Source of the DNA: Flavobacteriales bacterium
GTDB lineage: Bacteria > Bacteroidota > Bacteroidia > Flavobacteriales_D > CAJJDF01
Reading direction: 5' to 3'
Length of the DNA stretch: 64,000 nucleotides
Assembly: GCA_018609055.1 (NCBI GenBank)
Contig: JABAYJ010000005.1
Location: 135,200-199,199, forward strand
Shown: piece by piece, positions 10,307 to 20,116 of the stretch
Numbering within the stretch: the first letter of the stretch is position 1
Layout of the letters: the number at the start of each line of letters is the position of its first letter
The notes under the pieces: model-generated
The model's input: only the letters and a program-made list of their open reading frames with translations
Told to the model about the DNA's origin: nothing
Database searches by the model: none
Translations under genes and position numbers: made by a program

Positions 10307-11239
10307 ATGAAAACGAAAATTTTAGGAATAGCAATGATGATGACTGCTGGTTTTGCTTTTGGGCAATTACCTAGTACTGGTGTATCTCCTTCCAATGTAT
10401 TGGATGGACTATATGTTCAACAACATATCCCAACTAAAAAAGTCGTTAGTTATGCTCCTTTAAGGGAGGCAGATGTAATGTGGAGTAAAAGAGTTTGGAG
10501 AACAATTGATGTTCAGCAAAAGCTTAATTTTCCACTGTTTTACCCTAGAGAGCCACTTACAGATAGAATGGCTTTATGGGATATTATTAAGTACGGAATA
10601 GAAGAAGAAGGTAGTTTAACACCTTATGAGCTTAATGGAGATGGTAAGTTTGATTTTGATGGTGAGTTTTTATACCCATTAACATCTAACGGGAACCCTA
10701 ATGATACAGCTTATATCACTTCTAGAGATAACTTATTATATAGTACTTCTACTGTAATTAAGCTTGATGAAAACGGAGAGCCTGCTTTGGATAACGATGG
10801 GTTTGAAGAGTACATTACTGATAAGAATGCTATTACTGCTGATCAAATTGTTAAGTACTACGTTAAGGAAGATTGGTTCTTTGATAAGCAAAGATCTGTT
10901 ATGGATGTAAGAATTATTGGCATAAGTCCAGTGATTAAAGAGTATGATGAAAACGGAGAAATGAAGGAAGGAGAGAAGCAACTATTTTGGTTGTATTTCC
11001 CTGAATGTAGATACGTATTTCAAAATTACTTTGTTTACAACAGAAAGAATGATGCACAAAGAATGTCTTTTGATGATTTATTTTGGAAAAGAATGTTTAC
11101 AAGCTTTATCCATAAAGAATCAAATGTATATGACAGAGAGATTGGAAGATATGAGAACTATGGAGTAAAAGCTTTATTGGAATCGGAAAGAATAAAAAAT
11201 GAGATGCTAATTATCGAGCACGATTTGTGGCACTTATAA
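10307..11239 (+). CDS. gldN: Gliding motility/T9SS periplasmic ring protein GldN (PorN)
   Basis: 310 aa. Signal peptide, then READVMWSKRVWRTIDVQQKLNFPLFYP (GldN signature). Last gene of the cluster. Confidence 0.92.
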   Translation: MKTKILGIAMMMTAGFAFGQLPSTGVSPSNVLDGLYVQQHIPTKKVVSYAPLREADVMWSKRVWRTIDVQQKLNFPLFYPREPLTDRMALWDIIKYGIEEEGSLTPYELNGDGKFDFDGEFLYPLTSNGNPNDTAYITSRDNLLYSTSTVIKLDENGEPALDNDGFEEYITDKNAITADQIVKYYVKEDWFFDKQRSVMDVRIIGISPVIKEYDENGEMKEGEKQLFWLYFPECRYVFQNYFVYNRKNDAQRMSFDDLFWKRMFTSFIHKESNVYDREIGRYENYGVKALLESERIKNEMLIIEHDLWHL

Positions 11240-11261
11240 AATATCTTAACTATTAAATTTT

Positions 11262-11297
11262 AAGGCTGTGTAGTTTATTCTTCACAGCCTTTTTTTG
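11262..11297 (+). terminator. Intrinsic terminator after gldN
   Basis: Stem AAGGCTGTG (11262..11270) pairs with CACAGCCTT (11283..11291), followed by a T7 run. It lies 23 nt after the gldN stop. Confidence 0.75.
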
Positions 11298-11315
11298 TTA
11301 ATTTAGTATAACAAT

Positions 11316-12371
11316 ATGACTATGAAAAAAATACTTATTACTGGTGGAGCTGGGTTTATTGGTTCACATGTACTTCGATTGTTTGTAAACAAATATCCTT
11401 ATGTGGAGATTGTAAACTTAGATAAACTTACTTACGCAGGTAATTTAGAAAACCTTACAGATATAGAAGATAAAGAGAATTACTCTTTTGTAAAAGGTGA
11501 TATTGTAGATGAGGAATTTGTAAATGATTTGTTCAGCAAAAACAAGTTTGATGGTGTAATTCATTTAGCGGCAGAGTCTCATGTAGATAGATCTATCGCC
11601 AATCCCACAGAGTTTATCAAAACCAACATAATAGGTACGATAAATCTATTGAATGCCGCAAGAGCTTCTTGGGGAGATAATATGGAGGATAAAATATTTT
11701 ATCACATTTCTACTGATGAGGTTTATGGTTCGCTTGGTAAAGAAGGTTTCTTTGTCGAAGAAACTCCGTATGATCCACGATCTCCTTATTCTTCATCTAA
11801 AGCTAGTTCCGATCATTTAGTTCGTGCTTATTTCCATACTTATGGTATGCCAGTAAAGATTTCTAATTGCTCCAATAATTATGGAGCTAATCAGTTTCCC
11901 GAAAAGCTACTTCCTTTAATGATAAACAATATTACACAAAACAAGCCTTTACCTGTTTATGGAGAAGGATTGAACATTAGAGATTGGTTATGGGTTGAAG
12001 ATCATGCAAGAGCTATTGATGTTATTTTTCATAATGGAGTATTAGGAGAGACATATAATATTGGTGGAAATAATGAATGGACTAATATTGATTTAGTTAA
12101 GTTGTTATGTGCTACCATGGACAAAAAATTGAATAGAACAGAAGGAGAAAGTGAAAAACTAATAACCTATGTAACCGATAGAGCTGGTCATGATATGCGT
12201 TACGCAATTGATGCTACTAAAATAAAAAGAAAGCTTGGCTGGGAACCTTCAATTACATTTGAGAAAGGACTTGAATTAACTGTAGAATGGTATTTAACAA
12301 ATTCTGATTGGTTGAATAATATCACATCAGGAGATTATCAAAATTATTATAAACAACAATACAAAAACTAA
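11316..12371 (+). CDS. rfbB: dTDP-glucose 4,6-dehydratase
   Basis: 351 aa. GGAGFIGSH Rossmann motif, YSSSKASSD catalytic YxxxK region, NIRDWLWVEDHARAID. Confidence 0.95.
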   Translation: MTMKKILITGGAGFIGSHVLRLFVNKYPYVEIVNLDKLTYAGNLENLTDIEDKENYSFVKGDIVDEEFVNDLFSKNKFDGVIHLAAESHVDRSIANPTEFIKTNIIGTINLLNAARASWGDNMEDKIFYHISTDEVYGSLGKEGFFVEETPYDPRSPYSSSKASSDHLVRAYFHTYGMPVKISNCSNNYGANQFPEKLLPLMINNITQNKPLPVYGEGLNIRDWLWVEDHARAIDVIFHNGVLGETYNIGGNNEWTNIDLVKLLCATMDKKLNRTEGESEKLITYVTDRAGHDMRYAIDATKIKRKLGWEPSITFEKGLELTVEWYLTNSDWLNNITSGDYQNYYKQQYKN

Positions 12372-12376
12372 AAACT

Positions 12377-12697
12377 ATGGCAGAAGAAAAGGGAATGGAT
12401 GACAAAACGATTGCTATAATTTCGCATATTACGATTATTGGATGGATTGTTGCTCTTGTTATGAATAGTAGCAATAAGTCAGAACACACAAGTTTTTACT
12501 TAAGGCAAATGTTAGGTTTAATGATTATTGCTATAGCAGGTTCTATAGTAAGTTATATAATCTCATTTGTTGGAATGGCTATTTCAATATTAGCTTTAGT
12601 ACTATGGATTCTAAGTCTAATTAGTGCAGCTTCTGGAGAAAAAAAGGAAGTACCTGTTGTTGGGGCTTATTTTCAAGATTGGTTTAAGGGATTATAG
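12377..12697 (+). CDS. Small integral membrane protein (DUF4870-like)
   Basis: 106 aa with three predicted hydrophobic helices and a SHITIIGWIVALVM start typical of this family. Starts 5 nt after rfbB. Confidence 0.6.
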   Translation: MAEEKGMDDKTIAIISHITIIGWIVALVMNSSNKSEHTSFYLRQMLGLMIIAIAGSIVSYIISFVGMAISILALVLWILSLISAASGEKKEVPVVGAYFQDWFKGL

Positions 12698-13135
12698 ATC
12701 CTCTTGAGTTTCTTGAACCTCTTCCTCATCTAAATCTTTATTCCAAATAAACACATTGTTGTTATTTGTAATTTGATTGATGTCTTCTGCTGAAATAATG
12801 TAGAATATATCGATTAACGGCAGTATAAGGAAGCCACCACCAAGAGTAAGTGTATAAGCAATTGGAACTATAGGCTCTGTTCCTAAATACAGCCTATGAA
12901 CTCCAAAAGCACCTAATGTAATTGCCAAAGCGATTGCAACTAATTTTGTTTTGTTCACATTTGAGTCTTTGTGGTTCTGGAGGTTAATGTAGAACGAACT
13001 TTCAAAGTTATCTAAACCAATATCTGAAATTAGTATTTCATCAATAGAAATACTAGTTTCTATATTCTCAAAATCATTAGAAAATAAAGGAGTAATAGCT
13101 GTACAAAGCAATACTAAGAGAAAAAGTGATTTCAT
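12692..13135 (-). CDS. TM2 domain-containing membrane protein
   Basis: 147 aa. Signal peptide plus LAITLGAFGVHRLYLG (TM2 domain motif). Its stop overlaps the convergent 12377..12697 stop by 6 nt. Confidence 0.7.
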   Translation of the reverse strand: MKSLFLLVLLCTAITPLFSNDFENIETSISIDEILISDIGLDNFESSFYINLQNHKDSNVNKTKLVAIALAITLGAFGVHRLYLGTEPIVPIAYTLTLGGGFLILPLIDIFYIISAEDINQITNNNNVFIWNKDLDEEEVQETQEDL

Positions 13136-13162
13136 AGATTTAGAGATTAAAAATAAATGGAC

Positions 13163-13196
13163 AAAAAAAACCTACTAAAAGTGAAGTAGGTTTTTT
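13163..13196 (-). terminator. Intrinsic (potentially bidirectional) terminator after the SOD gene
   Basis: CCTACT (13171..13176) pairs with AGTAGG (13185..13190). The hairpin is flanked by an A8 run on one side and a T6 run on the other, and lies downstream of the minus-strand SOD stop at 13219. Confidence 0.65.
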
Positions 13197-13218
13197 ATTT
13201 TCATAATGAAATTGGTGT

Positions 13219-13827
13219 TTATTTATTAGCTGCATAAAGTTTAGAAACTTCATCCCAGTTAATTACATTAAAAAATGCATTAATGTAATCTGGTCTTCTG
13301 TTTTGGTAGTTAAGGTAATATGCGTGCTCCCAAACATCAATTCCTAATATTGGAAAACCTCCACAACCAACACCTGGCATTAAAGGGTTATCTTGGTTTG
13401 GAGTTCCACAAACATCTAATTCTCCACCTTTTTTAACACATAACCATGCCCATCCAGATCCAAACTGAGTTGCTGCTGCTTTAGAAAAAGCATTTTTAAA
13501 CTCTTCGAAAGATCCAAAAGCATTATTAATAGCAGTAGCTACTTCTCCAGTAGGCTCACCTCCTCCGTTTGGCGACATAACTGTCCAAAACAATCTGTGG
13601 TTATAAAAACCTCCACCATTGTTTCTAACTGCTCCGTTAGACATATCTAGTCTATTTAAAATGTCTTCGATAGAATTCCCAGCAAGGTCTGTTCCTTCTA
13701 TTGCTCCATTTAGTTTAGTTGTATATCCATTATGGTGCTTACTGTGGTGAATCTCCATAGTTCTTGCATCAATATTTGGCTCTAATGCATTGTATGCATA
13801 AGGTAATTCTGGCAATGTAAATGACAT
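13219..13827 (-). CDS. Fe/Mn-family superoxide dismutase
   Basis: 202 aa. [32 protein letters not shown]... and [18 protein letters not shown] signatures. Confidence 0.96.
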   Translation of the reverse strand: MSFTLPELPYAYNALEPNIDARTMEIHHSKHHNGYTTKLNGAIEGTDLAGNSIEDILNRLDMSNGAVRNNGGGFYNHRLFWTVMSPNGGGEPTGEVATAINNAFGSFEEFKNAFSKAAATQFGSGWAWLCVKKGGELDVCGTPNQDNPLMPGVGCGGFPILGIDVWEHAYYLNYQNRRPDYINAFFNVINWDEVSKLYAANK

Positions 13828-13927
13828 AATTTTCGTTTTTTAAGTTAATTTTTATTTAAAACAAATATAAATAAAGTAGGGTTCAAAGTAAAATAAAAGA
13901 CTCTCATCTTATTAGATATTTATTTTT

Positions 13928-14404
13928 TTATGTTTTTGTCATTTCTTTAAGGTTTACCGAGTATAGAATAATAAATAATATCGAGACAAGACCTCCGATA
14001 AGAATTCCTAAACCAAATAATCCAAAACCTACTAATGTTAATGGAAATACCACATTTAAAATACAAGCCGAGGTGTAAATAAAGAAACCACTCTTTTTTA
14101 ATTTCCTCATTAATATTGCGCCAAAAATACAAAGTATAGCTGTAGTAATAGCCACTGTATAAAGTGCTTCTCCATTATCTAGCATTATGTTTACACCTTC
14201 TGTAATAACTTCAAGCATATCGGCTTCATCTGCTGGTTGTTCTCCAGACATCTTAGCATTTTTCATACCTTCTTTCACTTTCTCTCTCATTTGAGGAAGA
14301 CTCACTAAAGATATGATACTGCCTAGTAAACTAAATCCGCTACCAATAAAAGTTAATATTGTTAATGTGTTTAGCATGCTTGGAATTTTCTTTCTTCTTG
14401 TCAT
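13928..14404 (-). CDS. Hypothetical multi-pass membrane protein
   Basis: 158 aa with four hydrophobic segments. No recognisable catalytic motif. Confidence 0.5.
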   Translation of the reverse strand: MTRRKKIPSMLNTLTILTFIGSGFSLLGSIISLVSLPQMREKVKEGMKNAKMSGEQPADEADMLEVITEGVNIMLDNGEALYTVAITTAILCIFGAILMRKLKKSGFFIYTSACILNVVFPLTLVGFGLFGLGILIGGLVSILFIILYSVNLKEMTKT

Positions 14405-14569
14405 ATCAATTAAAGTTTGATTCGTTTTTATTTATCATATAAATATACTCAACAAAGAAGAAATCAAGCTTCGTATTTACATAAACGGTAAACCTAAATT
14501 AGGTTTCGATTAATAGGAAATTTGGAACTATAATTTAGTAACTTTGTAGTAATTATAATCCAACAGAAC

Positions 14570-15190
14570 ATGGAAACTCAAGAAATGCCAATTACAATAT
14601 ATTCGGAGATGACTCCAAATCCTAATACAATGAAATTTGTAGCCAACAAAATGTTGGTGCAAGAAGACATTGTAGTAGAATACTCTAACGCAAGTGAAGC
14701 AAAAGGTTCGTCTGCTATTGCAGAGGAATTATTTGCTTTCCCATTTGTAAAAGGAGTGTTTATCGCACGTAATTTTATTACAGTTTCTAAAATGCCTGCC
14801 ATAGAATGGGATGACATTACTTTAGAGTTAAGATTATTTATTGCAGATTCTTTAAAACAGAATCAAGTTGTTGTGAGTACTTTGCCAGCACCAAAAGAAT
14901 CTTCTGAAGGAATTGCAGAAAAAGCACCTTCACCTGTTTTTGAACCTGTTATTACTTCTGATGCTGATCAGCAAATTGTTAATCTTTTAGATGAATTTGT
15001 AAGGCCAGCAGTAGAGAATGATGGTGGAGCAATTCATTTCAAGAGTTTTTCTGAAGGAATTGTAACCGTAATATTAAAAGGTTCTTGTAGTGGGTGTCCT
15101 TCATCTACTGCCACTCTTAAAGGTGGAGTAGAACAATTACTTAAATCTCATTTGCCTGATGTAAAGGAGGTTGTTGCTGAAGCACATTAA
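14570..15190 (+). CDS. NifU/Nfu-type Fe-S cluster assembly scaffold protein
   Basis: 206 aa. Nfu_N-like N-domain (TPNPNTMKF) and a C-terminal NifU domain with LKGSCSGCPSS (CxxC). Confidence 0.85.
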   Translation: METQEMPITIYSEMTPNPNTMKFVANKMLVQEDIVVEYSNASEAKGSSAIAEELFAFPFVKGVFIARNFITVSKMPAIEWDDITLELRLFIADSLKQNQVVVSTLPAPKESSEGIAEKAPSPVFEPVITSDADQQIVNLLDEFVRPAVENDGGAIHFKSFSEGIVTVILKGSCSGCPSSTATLKGGVEQLLKSHLPDVKEVVAEAH

Positions 15191-15193
15191 ATT

Positions 15194-15421
15194 ATGAATA
15201 AATTTAACAAAGGTCTAGAACGTTTTTGGTTACTATTTTCAATAGCAGTTGCAATTTTTTGTATTTATGAATTTGCAATTGATGAAGTAGCTACAGCTAA
15301 GTATTATTTAATATTTCTTGTATTGCCAATATTGATGTATTTATTCAGAAGATTTATACGAATCAAGATGGAGAAATCTTCGAAAGAAAGAGAAGCTAAT
15401 AATCCAAATAACAAAAAATAG
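15194..15421 (+). CDS. Small two-helix membrane protein, hypothetical
   Basis: 75 aa. Starts 4 nt after the NifU-like stop. Two hydrophobic helices and a basic tail. Confidence 0.45.
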   Translation: MNKFNKGLERFWLLFSIAVAIFCIYEFAIDEVATAKYYLIFLVLPILMYLFRRFIRIKMEKSSKEREANNPNNKK

Positions 15422-15464
15422 AATCCGTATTATTTTTGTATATTCAACAATGATTTAGCCCTTG

Positions 15465-16730
15465 ATGGAACAGTATATTTTGTTAATTATTTTGGTTTCC
15501 CTAGTGTTTTCCGCTTTCTTTTCGGGAACGGAAATTGCTTACTTACAATCCAATAGATTAAAAATTGAAATAGATAGGAAGCAAGGAATTGTTAGCGCCA
15601 GAATTCTTTCTTTTTTCGTCCGTAACGAATCTAAGTTTATCACCATGTTGCTACTTGGTAATAATATCGCACTAGTAGTATATGGTATTTTTATGGGTGA
15701 GCTCATAATTGAAAAGATCTTCCCAGCACATATAGGGATACAAGATTTACCCTGGTTAATATTACTAACTCAAACTTTAATATCTACTCTTGTAATACTT
15801 GTAACAGCTGAGTTTTTACCAAAAACTATTTTCAGAATAAACCCTAATAGAACACTAAGCTTATTGGCGTTTTTACTTGCAATAGTTTACGGTATATTAT
15901 ATATCCCAACTATGTTTGTTACATTTATTAGTAACCTAATTTTAGGTCTTTTTGGTAGTAAAAAAGAAATTGGAGAAGTTAATTTTGGAGCTATAGATTT
16001 GGATGATTATCTAAACAAATCAACTAAAATACAAACAGACAAAGAGCAGGATTATGAAGTGAAAATGTTTCATAATGCTTTAAATTTTAACAAAGTGAAA
16101 GCGAGAGATTGCTTAATTCCAAGAACAGAAATTAAAGCCTTGAATGTTGAACAATCTATCGAGGAATTAAAAAATGAATTTGTAGAGACTGGTTATTCTA
16201 AAATAATGATTTTTAGAGATACCATTGATAATATCATTGGTTATGTCCATTCATTTGAAGTGTTTAAGTCACCCGAAACGATTACCGAAATATTAAGACC
16301 AGTAGGTATAGTTGCAGAATCAATGCCAGTTAACAAACTGCTAAATCAATTCATTAAGCAAAAACAAGGAATTACAGTTGTAGTAGATGAATACGGAGGA
16401 ACGGCAGGTATTATTACCATGGAGGATGTTGTGGAGGAAATTTTCGGAGAAATTGAGGATGAACACGATAACGAAGAATTAATAGAAGAACAGCATACTG
16501 AATCTGTTTATATTTTCTCGGGAAGACAAGAGATAGAGTATATAAATAGTGAGTATAATTTAGAGTTGCCAGAATCTGATGAATACGAAACTCTTGCTGG
16601 ATTAATTGTAACTATTCATGAGAACATCCCAAATGAGGGAGATATAATAGAGATTAATGATTTTTATTTTGAAATTTTGGAGTGTTCAAATTCTAAAATT
16701 GAGAAAATTAAATTAATCCAGAATAACTAA
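15465..16730 (+). CDS. CNNM/hemolysin-family membrane protein (DUF21 + CBS pair + CorC_HlyC domain)
   Basis: The track ORF starts at TTG 15462; the ATG at 15465 is preferred. N-terminal DUF21 TM region, a CBS pair, then the C-terminal CorC/HlyC transporter-associated domain. It is in the same family as GldE, but no gldD neighbour is present, so I do not call it gldE. Confidence 0.8.
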   Translation: MEQYILLIILVSLVFSAFFSGTEIAYLQSNRLKIEIDRKQGIVSARILSFFVRNESKFITMLLLGNNIALVVYGIFMGELIIEKIFPAHIGIQDLPWLILLTQTLISTLVILVTAEFLPKTIFRINPNRTLSLLAFLLAIVYGILYIPTMFVTFISNLILGLFGSKKEIGEVNFGAIDLDDYLNKSTKIQTDKEQDYEVKMFHNALNFNKVKARDCLIPRTEIKALNVEQSIEELKNEFVETGYSKIMIFRDTIDNIIGYVHSFEVFKSPETITEILRPVGIVAESMPVNKLLNQFIKQKQGITVVVDEYGGTAGIITMEDVVEEIFGEIEDEHDNEELIEEQHTESVYIFSGRQEIEYINSEYNLELPESDEYETLAGLIVTIHENIPNEGDIIEINDFYFEILECSNSKIEKIKLIQNN

Positions 16731-16733
16731 ATC

Positions 16734-17183
16734 ATGCTTACAGTTTTTTCAGATGAGTCTTTTATGAAGCAAGCTTTTAATCAAGCTAAACTTGCTTTTG
16801 ATGCAGGTGAACTACCAATTGGTGCTGTTGTAGTTTCTAATAATAAAATAATTGCTAGAGCTCATAATCAAACCGAGTTGCTTAATGATTTTACTGCCCA
16901 TGCAGAAATGCTTGCGTTTACTTCGGCCTCAGAGTTTTTCGGAAATAAATACTTGAATAAATGCACTTTGTATGTAACACTTGAGCCTTGTGTAATGTGT
17001 GCTGGAGCATCCTTTTGGACAAGAATAGGAAAGGTAGTTTATGGTGCTTCTGACCCAAAAAGAGGGTTCTCTTCAGTGCCCAAATCTTTGTTGCATCCCA
17101 AAACAGAAATAGTAAGTGGTATCATGGAAAAAGAATGTGCCGAAATTTTAGATTTGTTCTTCGAAACCAAACGAAAAATCTAA
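16734..17183 (+). CDS. tadA: tRNA adenosine(34) deaminase
   Basis: 149 aa. HAEMLAF ... PCVMCAGA zinc motifs of the CDA fold. TadA size and pattern. Confidence 0.88.
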   Translation: MLTVFSDESFMKQAFNQAKLAFDAGELPIGAVVVSNNKIIARAHNQTELLNDFTAHAEMLAFTSASEFFGNKYLNKCTLYVTLEPCVMCAGASFWTRIGKVVYGASDPKRGFSSVPKSLLHPKTEIVSGIMEKECAEILDLFFETKRKI

Positions 17184-17268
17184 CGAACTAAAATTCCTTT
17201 TTAAACCCCCACTTTTGAAAATACTTCCTTATCTTTACTTTACTTTTTTAACAAAGTAATAATAAATT

Positions 17269-17763
17269 ATGGCTAAAAAATTAATACATAGTGTTGAACT
17301 AACAGTATACACTAGTGTTGATGAACTTTCGAATAATGATAGAGAGTTGATCGAAAGAGCCAAAAAAGTGAGTAAAACTGCGTATGCACCTTACTCCCAA
17401 TTTTATGTGGGTGCAGCAATACGACTTAGTTCTAATGAAATTATTGAGGGTAGTAACCAAGAGAACATGGCTTATCCTTCTGGTATGTGTGCGGAGAGAG
17501 TAGCAATTTATTATGCAAACTCTTTTTATTCGGATGCTAAGATTGATACAATTGCGGTTACGGCTTTTGCCAAAGGTTTTGATGTGAATCATCCTGTATC
17601 TCCTTGTGGGGCTTGCAGACAATCAATGGCAGAGTATGAATTAAAACAAAAACAACCTATCCGATTAATTATGACCGGAGAGAGTGGAGATATTTATATT
17701 GCGGAAAGTATAGAAACTATATTACCGTTTATGTTTAATGAAATTGAATTGAAAAAAGAATAA
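17269..17763 (+). CDS. cdd: Cytidine deaminase
   Basis: 164 aa. CAERVAI ... PCGACRQ motifs of homotetrameric cytidine deaminases. Confidence 0.88.
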   Translation: MAKKLIHSVELTVYTSVDELSNNDRELIERAKKVSKTAYAPYSQFYVGAAIRLSSNEIIEGSNQENMAYPSGMCAERVAIYYANSFYSDAKIDTIAVTAFAKGFDVNHPVSPCGACRQSMAEYELKQKQPIRLIMTGESGDIYIAESIETILPFMFNEIELKKE

Positions 17764-17766
17764 ATT

Positions 17767-18795
17767 ATGGCTACAGCTACAAAAAAAGCAGCATCCAAAA
17801 CTAAATTAAAGCACTCTAAGGCTCAATACATGAAATGGTATGAGGACATGCTTTTAATGAGAAAATTTGAAGAAAAAACTGGGCAACTTTACATCCAACA
17901 AAAGTTTGGTGGATTTTGTCACCTATATATCGGGCAAGAAGCTGTGGTAGCAGGTGCAGTAAGTGCAACCAGAAAAGGAGATAAACATATTACAGCCTAC
18001 AGAGATCATGCTCATCCAATTGGATTAGGAATGCATCCGAAATTTGTAATGGCTGAGCTTTACGGAAGAACAACAGGTTGTTCTAAAGGAAAAGGAGGTT
18101 CTATGCACATGTTTGATACAGAAAGAGGATTGATGGGAGGACATGGAATTGTAGGAGCTCAAATTCCTATGGGAGCAGGTATTGCTTTTGCTGAAAAATA
18201 TAACAAGACTAAAAATGTTTGTTTAACATCTTTTGGAGATGGAGCTGCAAGACAAGGTTCGTTACATGAGACTTTTAACATGGCAATGATGTGGAAGTTA
18301 CCAGTGGTATTTATTATCGAGAATAATAATTATGCAATGGGAACATCTGTAGAAAGAACTACCAATGTAGTAGATTTATCAAAAATGGCTTTGTCTTACG
18401 ACATGCCAGCAGAAACTGTAGACGGAATGAGCTGTGAAGCTGTTCATGCTGCAATTGAAACAGCTGTTGCAAGAGCAAGAAAAGGTGATGGGCCAACATT
18501 ATTGAATATTGAAACTTATAGATACAAAGGGCACTCAATGAGTGATCCACAAAAATATAGAAGTAAAGAAGAAGTAGAAGAATATATGGATATCGATCCA
18601 ATTTCTCAGGTTCTTAAAACAATTAAGGAAAACAAATTTGCTACGGATAAACAGCTTGAAGCTATCGGTAAAAAAGTGAAAGACTTGGTTGCTGAATCAA
18701 TCAAATTTGCAGAAGATTCTCCTTATCCTGATGGAGATGAATTGTACGAAGATGTGTACAAAGAAGAATATCCATTTATGATAGAATATAAATAG
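17767..18795 (+). CDS. pdhA: Pyruvate dehydrogenase (acetyl-transferring) E1 component, alpha subunit
   Basis: 342 aa. GFCHLYIGQEA and the SFGDGAARQG...NNNYAMGTS ThDP-binding region. Confidence 0.93.
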   Translation: MATATKKAASKTKLKHSKAQYMKWYEDMLLMRKFEEKTGQLYIQQKFGGFCHLYIGQEAVVAGAVSATRKGDKHITAYRDHAHPIGLGMHPKFVMAELYGRTTGCSKGKGGSMHMFDTERGLMGGHGIVGAQIPMGAGIAFAEKYNKTKNVCLTSFGDGAARQGSLHETFNMAMMWKLPVVFIIENNNYAMGTSVERTTNVVDLSKMALSYDMPAETVDGMSCEAVHAAIETAVARARKGDGPTLLNIETYRYKGHSMSDPQKYRSKEEVEEYMDIDPISQVLKTIKENKFATDKQLEAIGKKVKDLVAESIKFAEDSPYPDGDELYEDVYKEEYPFMIEYK

Positions 18796-18834
18796 ACCGA
18801 ATTTTTAAAACCAAAAAACTAAGAATAAAGAGTT

Positions 18835-20112
18835 ATGGCAGAAATTATTAGAATGCCCAAGTTGAGTGATACAATGGTAGAAGGGGTAGTGGCAGAATGG
18901 CATAAAAAAGTGGGTGATAGCGTAGAAGAAGGGGAGTTAATTGCTGAAATTGAAACAGATAAAGCAACAATGGAATTCGAATCTTTTTTTGATGGAGTGT
19001 TGTTATACATTGGAGTTGAAAAAGGAGCGGGAGCACCTGTAAACGATATCCTTGCTATTATTGGTGAGAAAGGAGAAGATATTACTAAAATGTTGACAGA
19101 TGAAGCGAGTGGAGCAAATGCTGCACCTTCAAAAGAAGAGAAAAAAGAAGCTCCAAAAAAGGAAGCGTCTAAACCAGCTGCTAAAGGTGAAGCTCCAAAA
19201 CCTACTGCAACTAAAGTAGTAAAGGAAGCTCCAAAAGCACAGCCTTCTCATTCTGATGAAGGATTAGATATTAAAATATCTCCATTGGCTAAAAAATTAG
19301 CTAATGATAAAGGACTAAACTTATCTCAAGTAAAAGGAACTGGAGAAGGAGGAAGAATTGTAAAAAGAGATGTAGATAATTTTAGAGGTGGAAATGCAGC
19401 TAACTTTGTAAATAGAGAATCATATACAGAATTGCCAGTTTCTCAAATGAGAAAGACAATTGCTAGACGATTAGGAGAGAGTAAATTTACTGCACCACAC
19501 TTCTATTTAACAGTATCTATTGACATGGATAATGCAATGGAAGCAAGAGCTTCTATTAATAAAAGTATTGCGCCAAATAAAGTTTCGTTTAATGATTTGG
19601 TAATTAAATCTTGTGCAACAGCACTTAAACAACATCCACAGATTAATTCTGCTTGGATGGGCGATACTATTCACCAGCACGATCATGTAAATATTGGTGT
19701 AGCTGTTTCTGTAGAAGATGGTTTGTTAGTACCTGTTGTAAGATTTGCAGATGGTAAAACATTGACACAAATTTCAACTGAAGTAAGAGAGTTTGCTAAA
19801 AAAGCAAAAGCTAAAAAATTACAACCACAAGATTGGGAAGGAAATACATTTACAATTTCTAACCTAGGAATGTTTGGAATAGAAGAATTTACGGCTATTA
19901 TTAATTCGCCTGACTCTTGTATTTTAGCAATTGGTGGAATTAGTCAAGTACCAGTAGTTAAGAAAGGGGAAATTGTACCAGGAAATATAATGAAGGTTAC
20001 TTTATCATGTGATCATAGAGTTGTAGACGGAGTTGCAGGATCTCAATTTTTGAATACATTTAAAAACTTGATGGAAAACCCAGTATTACTTTTAGGAGCA
20101 TATAATATCTAA
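18835..20112 (+). CDS. pdhC: Pyruvate dehydrogenase complex dihydrolipoamide acetyltransferase (E2)
   Basis: 425 aa. Lipoyl domain EIETDKATMEFES, Ala/Pro/Lys linker, E3-binding domain SPLAKKLA, catalytic DHRVVDG. Confidence 0.93.
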   Translation: MAEIIRMPKLSDTMVEGVVAEWHKKVGDSVEEGELIAEIETDKATMEFESFFDGVLLYIGVEKGAGAPVNDILAIIGEKGEDITKMLTDEASGANAAPSKEEKKEAPKKEASKPAAKGEAPKPTATKVVKEAPKAQPSHSDEGLDIKISPLAKKLANDKGLNLSQVKGTGEGGRIVKRDVDNFRGGNAANFVNRESYTELPVSQMRKTIARRLGESKFTAPHFYLTVSIDMDNAMEARASINKSIAPNKVSFNDLVIKSCATALKQHPQINSAWMGDTIHQHDHVNIGVAVSVEDGLLVPVVRFADGKTLTQISTEVREFAKKAKAKKLQPQDWEGNTFTISNLGMFGIEEFTAIINSPDSCILAIGGISQVPVVKKGEIVPGNIMKVTLSCDHRVVDGVAGSQFLNTFKNLMENPVLLLGAYNI

Positions 20113-20116
20113 TTGT

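Noticed and set aside
12692-12697. 6-nt overlap of convergent stop codons (DUF4870-like and TM2 genes) as a regulatory feature
   Set aside because: This is a simple consequence of compact gene packing, and no structure is associated with it.
17767-20112. Missing E1-beta (pdhB) between pdhA and E2 as a gene loss
   Set aside because: There is no gap or remnant between the genes (40-nt spacer). As far as I recall, separate placement of pdhB is usual in Bacteroidota. It is probably encoded elsewhere.
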